Positions 20,965 through 31,533 of a stretch of DNA of 53,303 bases are shown one piece after another. Source of the stretch: an uncultured Gemmatimonadales bacterium (lineage in GTDB: Bacteria; Gemmatimonadota; Gemmatimonadetes; Gemmatimonadales; GWC2-71-9); the NCBI GenBank assembly GCA_963844035.1, contig CAWJMT010000023.1:1-53303 (forward strand), read 5' to 3'. The notes below the pieces were generated by a model that had not been told where the DNA came from, searched no databases, and saw only the letters and a list, made by a program, of their open reading frames with translations. Each line of letters opens with the position of its first letter. Positions within the stretch are counted from its first letter, which is position 1. Position numbers and translations under genes: made by a program.

Positions 20965-21891
20965 TTACGGCGCCTGCGCTCCCGCGTCTCGCAGCCGGTC
21001 GTCGAACGCCGCCAGCACACGGTGGCGGTGCCCGCTGGTGTGTGCCTTATAGCAGTCCACGCCGTAGGAAATCTCGTCCTGCTCGATGCCGGTCTTGGCG
21101 CGTTTGTGGATCCGATACGTCATCTCAAGGCGATCGAGCGCCTTGCCCAGCGGCGAGCGCAGGGCCACTTCCCCGAGACGGGCTGCATCCACGAACGCTC
21201 GGGTGGGCCAGGCAAGCCGGTCGGTACCGTGTGCGTCGGGCGGGCGCGTCGCCTCCATGGCATTCGGCAGGAAGGCGCTGGCCCACGAGTTCGATCGACG
21301 CAGGCGATCGTGCGTGTCGAGTCCCGCGACCGGCACCATGCGGGCCAGCTCGTACGCGCCGTACAGGTTGCGTTCCGGGAGGGTGAGCGCCCGCGTGGAC
21401 ACCATGTAGTTGGGGCAGAGGAACACACCGTCGCGGCGCGCCACGCGCCCCAACCCGGCCAGGAGCCACCGGCACACCCAAAGCCGGTCGGGTTCAGTGA
21501 CGACCAGGTAGTCGATGTCCGCTCCCAGCTCGACGTTGTCCCACGCGAGCGAGCCGGTGACCGCCACCATGCGCACGAACGGCAGATCGGCGATCAGGCG
21601 GCCGTATTTCACGGCCGCGGGCCACAACTGCGCCGCGTGCACGGAGCGGCGGCGACGGATGTCGACCAGTCCTTCTTTGCCCGGCAGGGTGTAGTAGCCG
21701 TCGGTGCAGGTGAGCGGGCTCCCCGGCGCGCTGCAGCTCGCGAGGACTTCCAGGGTCTCTTCAAGGGTCGCTCGGGTACCGTGCAGGTAGCGGTGCACTT
21801 CGTCCGCCCGCAGCGGGTACTCGAATACGTCGGCGTACGCCACGGATCGAACGGCCGCCTGCTTGATCGGCAAGTGGCTCGGCGGTTTCAC
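20965..21891 (-). CDS. Uncharacterised Pol-beta-superfamily nucleotidyltransferase-like protein
   Basis: YADVFEYPL N-terminus, PFVRMVAVTGSLA......DIDYLVV (GS..DxD), LCPNY, NLYGAYEL. Confidence 0.7.
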   Translation of the reverse strand: MKPPSHLPIKQAAVRSVAYADVFEYPLRADEVHRYLHGTRATLEETLEVLASCSAPGSPLTCTDGYYTLPGKEGLVDIRRRRSVHAAQLWPAAVKYGRLIADLPFVRMVAVTGSLAWDNVELGADIDYLVVTEPDRLWVCRWLLAGLGRVARRDGVFLCPNYMVSTRALTLPERNLYGAYELARMVPVAGLDTHDRLRRSNSWASAFLPNAMEATRPPDAHGTDRLAWPTRAFVDAARLGEVALRSPLGKALDRLEMTYRIHKRAKTGIEQDEISYGVDCYKAHTSGHRHRVLAAFDDRLRDAGAQAP

Positions 21892-21972
21892 ACCCACAAA
21901 GCTCGGCACAGCCGAAAGTTGAGTAGGGTACGCAGGAATCGAAAGGGGGGCACAGGTACACTAAGGTGCTGC

Positions 21973-23393
21973 TTGAGGGGTATCCTGCAGCGGGCCATAT
22001 TCGTCGCACCCTTACTCCGCGCTACCCGCATTCCGTCCGGATCTCGTCTCTCCGTCGCTTTCTTCGTAGCGCTCATGTGGCCGGCCCCCGGTTACGCGCA
22101 GCGCGACTCACTCGGTTTGCACACCACGTTGAATCGCTGGGCCGACAATGCCTGGTTCACGATCCTCGATCGGGACGCGGCCCGCGGCGGCCGTCTGGGT
22201 GACCAGGGGATCCTGCAGCGCTTTCATCCGCTGATCGGTCCCGACTATCCGGGCGCCCAAATCCGGTTTCGGTTCAATCCCCTGGAAGACTACGTCTGGT
22301 ACCGCAGCACCAATGGTGCGCGGTTCGCGGGTGGCAGCGTCACCACGCAGGACCTGGCGATCGACGCCGAGTTCAAGCAGGCGGTGCCGATGGGCAAGGG
22401 ATGGGCGGCGGGAGTGCACTACAACAAGGAAGACCTTCCCGACGTAGTCCGGAACCTGGTGCGGCTGGGTTTCACGCGGGCGGCGCCGAACGGCGTGTTC
22501 ACGTTTATCGAGGCCACGCTGACGCCCAAGAAGCCGAGCGCCGACATCGAGCTTGGCGCGGGGTGGCACCGGGGCGATACGCGCGCGGCGCTGTCCGTCG
22601 CGGTGCTGGACGCGTTCAACGATCTGATCTACCAGTCCATCGTCGTGTACCACGCGTTCGCCGATACGGCGCTGGACTACGAACAGCAGCCGGTCATGTT
22701 GCGCACGAACTTCGACGTTCCCCTCGGCGCACGGTTTCGCCTGGAGGGTCACGGGGGCGTCATGGGGCCGTCGCTGGTCCGCGCCTACGTGCAGACCGCG
22801 CCGGACTCAGGGTTCAGGCAGGACGAGGACTACGGCTTCGCCGGCGCGCTGTTCGAGTGGATCGCCTCGCCGCGCGTCACGGCCGGGGCGTTCGCGACCT
22901 ACGTCAACGCGGTCACCGACCGGGAGCCGCTCCCCGCCGGCCGGCCGCTCGACGATTTCCTGCTGACGGAACGGACGACCCAGGCGGGAGTGCGACTGCT
23001 GGCCCGGCTCAAGCCGCGTTGGCTGTTTCAGGGCTGGGCCGGGCGGATGTGGCGCTCGGAGACGCGCGTGTATGGCACGATGGCGGCTCCGGATGTGGAC
23101 TACGGGGATGAGTCGTGGAGCGGGCAAGCGGAGCTCAGGTACGGGGCGCCGGTGGGATTGATGCTGAGCGCTGCTCTCGACGTGGATGACCGGCAGGTGG
23201 TGCGCGGCGAGGGCCAAGTCCCCCGATTCGAGTCGTACACGCCGCGACAACAACCGCGTCCGGTTCGACTTCGGCTGGCAGCTCGCGAGCGGGTCAACGT
23301 TCACCCTCGGGCTCGCGCTACGACCTGGACCCGGGGCAATACAGCCACGGCTGGTTCGGCGGGGCGCACGGGAGGTTCGTGCTGTTCTGGTGA
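21973..23393 (+). CDS. Hypothetical exported outer-membrane beta-barrel protein (frameshift near 23250; start uncertain)
   Basis: Signal-peptide-like VAFFVALMWPAPGYA-Q, alternating beta-strand pattern, shifted-frame C-terminus GRFVLFW*. Confidence 0.6.
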
Positions 23394-23397
23394 GGCG

Positions 23398-24579
23398 CTA
23401 CAGCAGAGTGCGGTACACCTGCGCCGTTTGCTCGGCGGTGCGTTGCCAGCTGAAGCTCCGAGCCCGCGCCCGTCCCGCGTCGACCAGCTCTTCGCGGCGT
23501 GCGGGATCGTCGGAGAGATCGTCGAGCGCCTGAGCGTACGCCGCGGGATCGCGGCCTTCGACGACGACCAGGGCGTCGCCGCCGACCTCCCGAAGACCGC
23601 CGGCACCGGACGTGACCACGGGGAGTCCCGACGCGAACGCCTCCAGCACCGGGTAGCCGAACCCCTCGTACAGCGAAGGAAACAGCAACACGTCGGCCGT
23701 ACGATAGGACCGTCGCAGGGTCGCTTCGTCGGCGGCGGTCACGCTGCGCACGTAGCGCCGCAGGTTCAGGCGCTCGATGAGCTGCTGCTGCGCTCCGGTA
23801 AACCGTCCCCCGACCTGCAACAGGTACACGTCGGCGACCGAGCGCAGCCGGGCGACGGTTTCGATCACCAGCGGCACGTTCTTGCGCTCCACGGTGCTGC
23901 CCACGTGGAGCACCACGAACGCGTCCTCGGGGATGCGCCACTCGGCCCGGCCCTGGGTGCGCGCGCCGGGCGATTCCGAGAAGAACGAGCGATCGACGCC
24001 GAACGGCACGACGTGAATCCGCCGGTCGTCACCCAGCCACGTCGCCAGCTCCCGCTTGAGCCATTCGGTGGGGACGATGTACGACTGCGCCTTGCGCAGC
24101 GCCTTGAGTGCCTGGCGCAGCAGGCGGTTGCGCAGGCCGTCGCGCCAGCCGTCGGTGGGCGAGCGCAGCACGATCACGGGGAGCAGGTCGTGCACCGTCA
24201 CGACCACCGGTCGCCGCGCCGCGCTGGTCACGATGTGCGCGTAGGAATGGTCGAGGATGTGGACGACCTGCGCCCGCTTTGCCTCGCGCCGCAGGCGCCA
24301 GGGGTACAGCAGGTAGCGCGCGGCGTAGCGCTGCGGCTCGAGCAATGGGCCCGGGAGAATGATGCGCGAGGGACGCACCGGTTGGGTCCACCAGCGCACG
24401 AAGCCGCCCGATCGCCGCCCGTCGGCGCGCTCGCGCGTCAGCTCTCCGATCGACGCGGCGAGCCGCACGTCGAGACCGGAATGAGAGCTCTCGAGCCAGT
24501 CGAACAGCCGGTGGGCGTAGCGATCCATCGACGGCCACCGCTCGAGCGGCAGGTCGGGGACGAGGAGGATGCGGGTCAT
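23398..24579 (-). CDS. Glycosyltransferase family 4
   Basis: HILDHSYAH, TVHDL, RKNV, FPSLYEGFGYPVLEAFASG. Confidence 0.93.
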   Translation of the reverse strand: MTRILLVPDLPLERWPSMDRYAHRLFDWLESSHSGLDVRLAASIGELTRERADGRRSGGFVRWWTQPVRPSRIILPGPLLEPQRYAARYLLYPWRLRREAKRAQVVHILDHSYAHIVTSAARRPVVVTVHDLLPVIVLRSPTDGWRDGLRNRLLRQALKALRKAQSYIVPTEWLKRELATWLGDDRRIHVVPFGVDRSFFSESPGARTQGRAEWRIPEDAFVVLHVGSTVERKNVPLVIETVARLRSVADVYLLQVGGRFTGAQQQLIERLNLRRYVRSVTAADEATLRRSYRTADVLLFPSLYEGFGYPVLEAFASGLPVVTSGAGGLREVGGDALVVVEGRDPAAYAQALDDLSDDPARREELVDAGRARARSFSWQRTAEQTAQVYRTLL

Positions 24580-24703
24580 GGGGAACGACGGCCCGACGGC
24601 ACGACGGCCCGTTCCCCGAAGCGTGCGGTTCCGGGCAACGTGCCATCGTGCCCACGTGCCGTCGTGGCTGGCAACGTGCCGTCCTGCCGTCGTGCAACGT
24701 GTT

Positions 24704-25807
24704 TCACGCCAGTATCTCCCCCCAGAACCGCATCGTTGCCTCCGCCACCGCGTCGTCGGAGAACCGCTGCATCGCGCGCGCGCGCGCCGCGTGCACCAGC
24801 GGACGCCGTTCGGACTCCGCACCGAGGCGTCGCAGCGCGGCCGCTAACGCCTGTGCGTCGCCCGGTGGCACGATGACTCCAGCGTCGCCGATGACTTCGG
24901 GGATCACTCCGGCGTCGCTGCCCACCACCACCACTTCGTGGGCCATCGCTTCCATCAGCACCTGGCCCACGGGCTCGGTCCACGCCGGCAGTTTCCGCGA
25001 GGGGAGGACCAACACGTCGAGCTCCGGCCACAGCCGCGCCAGTCGATCGGGCGGCAGCGCACCGGCCCAGCGCACGCGGGCGGCGAGCCGCAGCTCGCTG
25101 GTGACTCGCTCCAGTCGCTCACGATCCGGCCCTTCGCCGATGACTGTGAGGTGCCAGTCCTCGCTGCGGTTCTCCGCCAGCGCCTCCAGCAAGGTATCGA
25201 GTCCTTTCTCCGCCACCAAGCGTCCCACGCACCCGATCGCCAGGCCTTCGTGATAGGTGTGTTCGGGTGCGGGAGGGACGGCGACGCCGATCTGCGGAAT
25301 CACCGCGACGGGGAGCTGGGGCCGTTCGCGGGTCACGAGTTGGGCCGCCGCGTCGCTGCCGGCGATCACGCCGCGCACCCGCTCGAGCGTGCGGCGGATG
25401 CGCCAGCGCTCCAGGACCGACGCCGGGCGTTCGACATTTTCCTGCGTGAACACCACCGCGGGGATGTTGGAGCGGCGCGCCGCCCAGACCACCTGGCCGG
25501 CTGCCCGCGCCAGGGGCTCTTCCTCTATCTGTACGAGGTCGGGGCGCTTGTCGCGCAGCAGCGAGAGCAGCTCGCGTCGCCCGAACAGCATTTTGGCGGG
25601 ATCGTCGTGATGGCGCGCCGGGATCGGAAAGATCTCGACGCCTCCCTGGCGCTCCCAGGTGGTTTCGATCGAGCGCCCGAGGTCGCCCTCAGTCCAGCGC
25701 TGTGGGACGCCCAGGGTCACCTCGAGCCCGCGGGTCGCCAACGCGCGCACTTTGCCCCGACGGCTCGGGTCCAGGTAGACGTGGGAGACGATCAGTACGC
25801 GGCGCAT
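24704..25807 (-). CDS. Glycosyltransferase family 4
   Basis: VGRLVAEKG, VLPS...WTEPVGQVLMEAMA, GVIPEVIG. Confidence 0.92.
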   Translation of the reverse strand: MRRVLIVSHVYLDPSRRGKVRALATRGLEVTLGVPQRWTEGDLGRSIETTWERQGGVEIFPIPARHHDDPAKMLFGRRELLSLLRDKRPDLVQIEEEPLARAAGQVVWAARRSNIPAVVFTQENVERPASVLERWRIRRTLERVRGVIAGSDAAAQLVTRERPQLPVAVIPQIGVAVPPAPEHTYHEGLAIGCVGRLVAEKGLDTLLEALAENRSEDWHLTVIGEGPDRERLERVTSELRLAARVRWAGALPPDRLARLWPELDVLVLPSRKLPAWTEPVGQVLMEAMAHEVVVVGSDAGVIPEVIGDAGVIVPPGDAQALAAALRRLGAESERRPLVHAARARAMQRFSDDAVAEATMRFWGEILA

Positions 25808-25943
25808 GACATCGAGTGTGGAATGGGGACTGCGGAGTGTGAACTGCGGAGCGATCTTGCCTCTCGCTCTCGCGTCCCCACTTTTGCATTCCGCATTTGC
25901 CTCATTCCCCCCTCTGCATTCCGCGTTATATTTGCCGCTTCGC

Positions 25944-26017
<74 letters not shown>

Positions 26018-26107
26018 TGGGCCCGTTGTATGACGCCGACGTACGGACGCTAAGATAGCGACATGACGTAGCGACGTACCGTCTTGCGTCTGTCTAGCGT
26101 CGGTCTC

Positions 26108-26181
26108 GGGTGGTTAGCTCAGCTGGTTAGAGCGCCGGTCTCACATACCGGAGGTCACTGGTTCGAGTCCAGTACCGCCCA
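26108..26181 (+). tRNA. tRNA-Val(CAC)
   Basis: GGGTGGT/ACCGCCC acceptor stem, CCGGT-CTCACAT-ACCGG anticodon arm, TTCGAGT T-loop. Confidence 0.95.
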
Positions 26182-26224
26182 TTCCTTCCATATTCGCTTT
26201 CAATCACCCCGTCTGCCGCATTCG

Positions 26225-26267
26225 TTCCCCCTCGCCACGTCAGTGGAGAGGGGGTCAGGGGGTGAGG
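26225..26267. repeat. REP-like palindrome TCCCCCTCGCCAC-GTCA-GTGGAGAGGGGG + TCAGGGGGTGAGG tail
   Basis: Imperfect hairpin between the convergent tRNA-Val and rfaE1. Confidence 0.6.
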
Positions 26268-26268
26268 T

Positions 26269-27309
26269 CTAGAGCAACCCGCCGCGCCTGAGCCTCCCCA
26301 ACTGATCGTGGTACGAATCGTGGACCGCGAGCACCTCGGCGGGTGAGGCCGTAGCCACTCCCGACTTGCCCACTTCGACGCCGGCCGCGTAGTTCGCGAT
26401 CTGCGCCGCCTCGCGCACCGCTCCGCCGGCCGCCAGGGCCGTGCCGAGCCACGCCGTGACCGTGTCTCCCGCACCGGACACGTCGAATACCTCCCGCGCC
26501 ATCGAGGGGATGCGCGTGATCTCGCGGTCCTTGGTGACGAGCACCATGCCCGCGGCGCCGAGCGTCAGGAGCAGGTTGTCGACCCCGAGCCGCTCGAGCG
26601 CGGTGGGGAGCGCGTCGGGTTTTTCGAGCTCGAGGGCCGCGCCCATCGCCTGCTCCAGCTCGCGGCGGTTCGGCTTGAACACCGACGCGCCGCGGTACGC
26701 GAAGAAGTTCTTGTACTTCGGGTCTACCACCACCGGGACGCCGCGCACACGGGCAAGGCGCATGGCGCACTCGATCACCGCCGGCGTGAGCGCACCCTTG
26801 TTGTAGTCCTCGATCAGAATGGCGTCGGCGTCGGCCATCGCTTTCTCCAGCTCGGCCATGAGCAGCTGCTGGGTGCGCTCGGCGATCGGCTCGTCCACTT
26901 CTTCGTCGATCCGCACCACCTGCTGGCCGCGGGCCATGACCCGGGTCTTCGAGGTCGTCGGCCGCGCCGGCGCGATGACGAGATGGCGGTCCGCGAGCCG
27001 GTGGGCGGCCAGCTCGCCGCGCAGGGAATCGCCGCGGGCGTCGTCGCCGATTACGGCCACGAGGCGGGCCTCGCCGCCGACCGCGGCGACGTTGGCCGCC
27101 ACGTTGGCGGCGCCGCCCAGTGCGTGGCGGCGGCCGTGCACCGTGACCACCGGCACGGGGGCTTCGGGCGAAATGCGCTCCGCGTCACCCTCGAGGTAGA
27201 TGTCGAGCATCGCGTCGCCAACGACGACCACGCGGCGCTGCGCCATCTTGGCGATCAGCGCCTCGATGCGATCGCGGGAAAGCAGGGTGACCATGTGTGG
27301 CGCCGTCAT
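26269..27309 (-). CDS. rfaE1: D-glycero-beta-D-manno-heptose-7-phosphate kinase (HldE kinase domain)
   Basis: VGDAMLD, RISPEAPVPVV, GGAANVA, DYNKG, VFDVSGAGDTV. Confidence 0.95.
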   Translation of the reverse strand: MTAPHMVTLLSRDRIEALIAKMAQRRVVVVGDAMLDIYLEGDAERISPEAPVPVVTVHGRRHALGGAANVAANVAAVGGEARLVAVIGDDARGDSLRGELAAHRLADRHLVIAPARPTTSKTRVMARGQQVVRIDEEVDEPIAERTQQLLMAELEKAMADADAILIEDYNKGALTPAVIECAMRLARVRGVPVVVDPKYKNFFAYRGASVFKPNRRELEQAMGAALELEKPDALPTALERLGVDNLLLTLGAAGMVLVTKDREITRIPSMAREVFDVSGAGDTVTAWLGTALAAGGAVREAAQIANYAAGVEVGKSGVATASPAEVLAVHDSYHDQLGRLRRGGLL

Positions 27310-27328
27310 TGCGTGCCCCCGTGGCTCT

Positions 27329-28834
27329 CTAGTCGGAAAGTCGTACGGCGCCGCCGAATCGATACGTCAGGGCGACGCGCGCGACGAAACTGGTTTTGGC
27401 TACCCCCGACTGGTGTTCGGCGTTGGTGATGCGGTGCACGCCGGCATTGAGGTCGAGATCGAGCCGCCGCCACACCGATGCCGTCCCCGCCACACCCAGC
27501 CGCCACGTGTTCTCGACCACCCCGTCGAAGATCACGGGCCCCGTCACCGGCAGGGGCGGCGTGGGGTTCCGGAAGTCGCCTTCCCCTTGCTTCAGGAACA
27601 CCACCTCCGGCCGGAGCACGATCATTGACCATGGCACGAACGATACGCTGACGCCCGTTTGCCAGAAGTCGGCGAAGTTCTGGCCGAGGCCCACGCCGCG
27701 CAGCATGACGGCGTTGGGGGGCCCGCCGGGCCCCTGGTACGCCCAGGCCGACACCGCGGCCGTCCAGACGCGCACCGCCATCCCGTGGCCGACGGGGATG
27801 TCGGCGAGGCCGTCGATGGCGCCGCGCGTGGGCATCGGGTCGGGCGCGTGGCCGTTCAGGCCCCCGCTCAAGGCGTCGAGCAGCAGGCTTCCTTGCAGTA
27901 CGATGCCGTTCGGCAGGGCCAGACGGAGCGACCCGGCCACGAGGGTGTTCTGACTGTCCTGGAGGTTCTCGTCATTGGCGGTGACGAACGCGAGCTTCAG
28001 TGGATTGAGAAATCGCGGCTCCCACGTACGGGTCGGCCCGTACCACAGTGCCGCCTGGTCGACTGATGCCACCATCCATTTCCACGGGCTGAACACAAAC
28101 CGCACCGACGACCAATACCGGTGAATCGGGACTCCGGCGGTGTCGGCCATGTCGTCGAGCTGTGTCGTCAGCAGCTCGGCCCGCACCGCGTGGGTTCCCG
28201 CCCGCAGCATGAGGTGATCGTACGAATACGCGTAGGGCGATGTCAGGAATCCATCGATACCGGTGGGTCCCCAATTGCGATTGATGGCGCCGAAAAACAC
28301 CTCCCCATACTTGCCTTGCAGGCTCATATAGGCATCGGTGAACCGGCCGGGCGGTTTCTTCGATTTGTTTCCCGTGTAGTCGGGATCGATCTCCAGGTAC
28401 TTGTCGAACGTTGAGTGCGAGCTGAGGGCGACCGGGCCGATGGCCGCGCTCAAGCGCAGCCCGGTCGTCCACGCGGCGTACTCGTCCCCGACGGGGTGGA
28501 GTGGATCGCGGCGCTCCTGGGTGCCCACCGCTTCGCGTAAGTACATGTCGACCCGGTAGGGCGCCAGCGTCCCCGAAGGGACGAAATGCTGGAGCAACGC
28601 TCGGACCGTGGAGCGGACGGAAGCGGACGCCGCGGACGTATCGGCGGCCCGGAGGGCCGCCACCACGTCGCCACGCCGCAGCGGCCGGGTGAGCGGGTCC
28701 GGGTCGGCGATGACGCCCGCTCGAATGAGGTGCTCGATATACGGCATGGTCCCCTCGTCGACCGGGATGAACGGTGACGCCTGCTGCGCGTGGAGCGACG
28801 CCGCCGCGAGCAGGAGAAGGAGGAGGGGACGCAT
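27329..28834 (-). CDS. Exported outer-membrane protein, capsule assembly Wzi-like
   Basis: Signal peptide, FG.INRNWGP motif, beta-strand-rich, ends VALTYRF. Confidence 0.6.
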   Translation of the reverse strand: MRPLLLLLLAAASLHAQQASPFIPVDEGTMPYIEHLIRAGVIADPDPLTRPLRRGDVVAALRAADTSAASASVRSTVRALLQHFVPSGTLAPYRVDMYLREAVGTQERRDPLHPVGDEYAAWTTGLRLSAAIGPVALSSHSTFDKYLEIDPDYTGNKSKKPPGRFTDAYMSLQGKYGEVFFGAINRNWGPTGIDGFLTSPYAYSYDHLMLRAGTHAVRAELLTTQLDDMADTAGVPIHRYWSSVRFVFSPWKWMVASVDQAALWYGPTRTWEPRFLNPLKLAFVTANDENLQDSQNTLVAGSLRLALPNGIVLQGSLLLDALSGGLNGHAPDPMPTRGAIDGLADIPVGHGMAVRVWTAAVSAWAYQGPGGPPNAVMLRGVGLGQNFADFWQTGVSVSFVPWSMIVLRPEVVFLKQGEGDFRNPTPPLPVTGPVIFDGVVENTWRLGVAGTASVWRRLDLDLNAGVHRITNAEHQSGVAKTSFVARVALTYRFGGAVRLSD

Positions 28835-28894
28835 GTCGCGCGCAATTTGGGGGGCCAAGCAGGGTCTGGCAACATTTCATTATGTTCCCGGCCC

Positions 28895-29753
28895 ATGTCT
28901 CCGGTGCTCGTTCTCATCCTGGCGGTCCTCGCCGTCACGTATGCCGGCCCGGCGATCCGGTTCACCAGCGCGCCCGCGGTCGCGGTCGCGTTTTGGCGCC
29001 TCGTGCTGGTGCTTCCGGTGACGTTCGCGGTGTCGCGCAAGGAGCCGTTCCAGGCGCGCGAGCGCGCCAGCCTGCCGCTGATGGTGTTGTCCGGGCTGCT
29101 CCTGGCGGCGCACTTCTGGACCTGGATCGCCTCGCTGCGGTTCACGACCGTCGCCAGCTCGGTGCTGCTCGTCAATCTCCGGCCCATCTTTGTGTGGGCG
29201 ATCGCCGCGGCGTGGCTGCACGAACGACCCGGGCCGCGCGAGCGGTGGGGCATCGCACTCGCGGTGCTCGGCGCGACGCTGATCGGGGTGGGGGATGCGC
29301 GGTTCTCGCTCGGGGCGCTGGGTGGAGACCTGCTGGCGCTCGCGGGCGCGCTGACGGCGGCGGGTTACAGCGTGATCGGGCGACGCGTGCGGCAAACGGT
29401 CGGCGTGTGGCGCTACGTGAATACCGTGTACGGCGTGGCGGCGCTGTCCCTGGGTGCCGTGGCGCTGCTGGGACACTCGCCGCTCACGGGGTTCGCGTCG
29501 CGGGATTGGGCGGTGTTCGCCGCGCTCGCCGCTGGTCCCATGCTCGTGGGGCACACGGGAATGAACTACGCCCTGAAGCATTTCCGCGCGACCACGGTGA
29601 ACGTGGCGGGTCTGGGTGAGCCGGTCGGGGCGACGCTGATCGCGTGGCTGGTGCCCGCGATCCACGAGGTCCCTTCCTTCACTGCTCTGGTCGGAGGGCG
29701 CGATGGTGATCGCCGGGATCTGGTTTTCATTGACCGAAAGGCGCACCGCATAG
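28895..29753 (+). CDS. DMT/EamA family transporter (frameshift near 29697)
   Basis: AHFWTWIASL.FTTVASSV, GDLLAL.GA, GHT.MNYAL, LGEPVGA. Confidence 0.92.
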
Positions 29754-30809
29754 TGCTGGTTGAGGAGCGCAGGGGGGCGGTGGTCGAGACCCGGCATCGG
29801 GTCCACGCCGCCGTCGTGGACGCCGAGCGGTCGGCTCCTGGCACAGGCTGGCAATCCGGAGCTCGTGACCTTCTGGCGCTCCGGCGCGAAGCCGTTTCAG
29901 GCGCTCCCGCTCGTGACGGACGGCGTCGCGGGCCGGTTTGGCATCACCGCCCAGGAGCTCGCCATCTGCTGCTCGTCCCACTCGAGCGAGCCGGCCCAGG
30001 TGCAGCTCGTGCGCGACCTGCTGGCGAAAATCGGCTGCAGCGAACGAGACCTGGTGTGCGGCCCGCATCCGCCCCTCTCGCCCGCGGTGGCGCAGGACTA
30101 CGCGACCCGCGGCGTGCGGCTGACCGCGGTGTACTCGAATTGCTCGGGCAACCATGCGGCGATGCTTGGCATTGGCCCGCCATCACGACTGGCCGGTGGA
30201 GTTCTACGCCCGCTTGGAGCACCCGGTGCAGCAACGCTGCCTGGCCGAAGTGAGTACGTGGAGCGGCGTGCCGCTCGGGAACGTCGGCACTGCGGTGGAT
30301 GGGTGTGGCGTGGTGTGCTTCGCGCTGCCGCTCCGGAACATGGCGTGGGCGTATGCAAGACTGGCGAATGCGGAGTGCGGAGTGCGGAATGCGGAGTCGG
30401 CGGACGACGTCTCCATTCCCCATTCCGCATTCCGAATTCCGCATTGTGGAGGCCATGCTGCGCCATCCCGAGCTCGTCGCGGGCGAGGGCCGGCCCTGCA
30501 CCGAGATGATGCGCGCGCATCCGGGCCGCGTGGTCACCAAGGCCGGTGCGGCGGGCGTCTACTGTGGCCTGTTGACGCGCGAGACGCTGGGGCATCGCGC
30601 TGAAGATCGACGACGGGCACGGCGAAGCGGCGGTCCTCGCGATGTCGGCGGTTCTGGCGGAGCTTGGGGTGCGGCCTCAGCCCGAGACGCTCCGGTCGCG
30701 CGCGATCGTCAACACGCGCGGGGAGACCGTGGGCGAGCTGCGCGTAAATGGGGGACTGACGCACGCAAAGGATGCTGGAGGATCGGGAGGAGTGATGTAC
30801 AATGCCTGA
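29753..30809 (+). CDS. L-asparaginase II family protein (frameshifted)
   Basis: RGAVVE..H, RSGAKPFQA, CSSHS, NCSG.H, DGCG, K.GA.GV motifs. Confidence 0.88.
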
Positions 30810-31484
30810 GCGCTCGACGGGTCTCGATGCGCAGACGCGCGCCCTGGTGCACGTGGCGGTCGCGGTCGCGAGCGGCGACACCGTGGCGCTGCGCCAACGG
30901 CTGGGGGCGGCGAGCACGGCACGGGTGCCGGCCCGGTGGATTGACGAGCTGCTGCTCCAGAGCTTGCTCAACGTGGGCTACGCCTTGGGGCTGCAGGCAT
31001 TCGGAGTCTGGCGCGAGGTGAGCCCGGCGCCGGCCGCAGGCTCGGCCGAGGCCGGGGAAGCCACTCGCTCATCGGGATGTGGTCCGACTGGGCGGAGCGA
31101 GGGGCGCGAGTCTGCCGCGAGGTGTACGGCCGCACGTATCACAAGCTGCTCGTGAACCTGCGCGGGCTGCATCCGGCGCTCGAAGCGCTGGTGGTCGTGG
31201 ATGCCTACGGCAAGCTGATCGGGCGCGACGGGCTCGACTTGAAGCGGAGGGAGCTGTGCACGCTCGCGGAGATCGCGGTGATCGACACACCGCGTCAGCT
31301 CCACGCGCACTTGCGGGGTGCGCTGAACGCGGACGCAACGACGGAGGAGGTAGATGAGGTGTTGGCACTCGTGGAGCTCGACATCGACGCGGCACAGGCC
31401 AAGCGGACGTGGGAGCTATGGGCGGACGTGCGAGGACGAAACGTGGGGAGCGGGGACGCGGGACGAGGGACGGGTAACACATGA
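30802..31484 (+). CDS. Carboxymuconolactone decarboxylase family protein (frameshifted)
   Basis: DAYGKLIGRDGLDLKRRELCT, RQLHAHLRGALN. Confidence 0.85.
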
Positions 31485-31533
31485 CCGCCCGACCGCCTGA
31501 CCGTCTGACCGCCGCCTTTTCAGAGGACCACGC

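Noticed and set aside
20932..24876. 1314-aa + strand ORF
   Set aside because: Mostly the antisense shadow of two real minus-strand genes in GC-rich DNA; only ~21973-23250 looks coding
28790..30253. DMT-asparaginase fusion ORF
   Set aside because: A frameshift near 29697 joins two separate genes; the DMT stop is at 29751-29753
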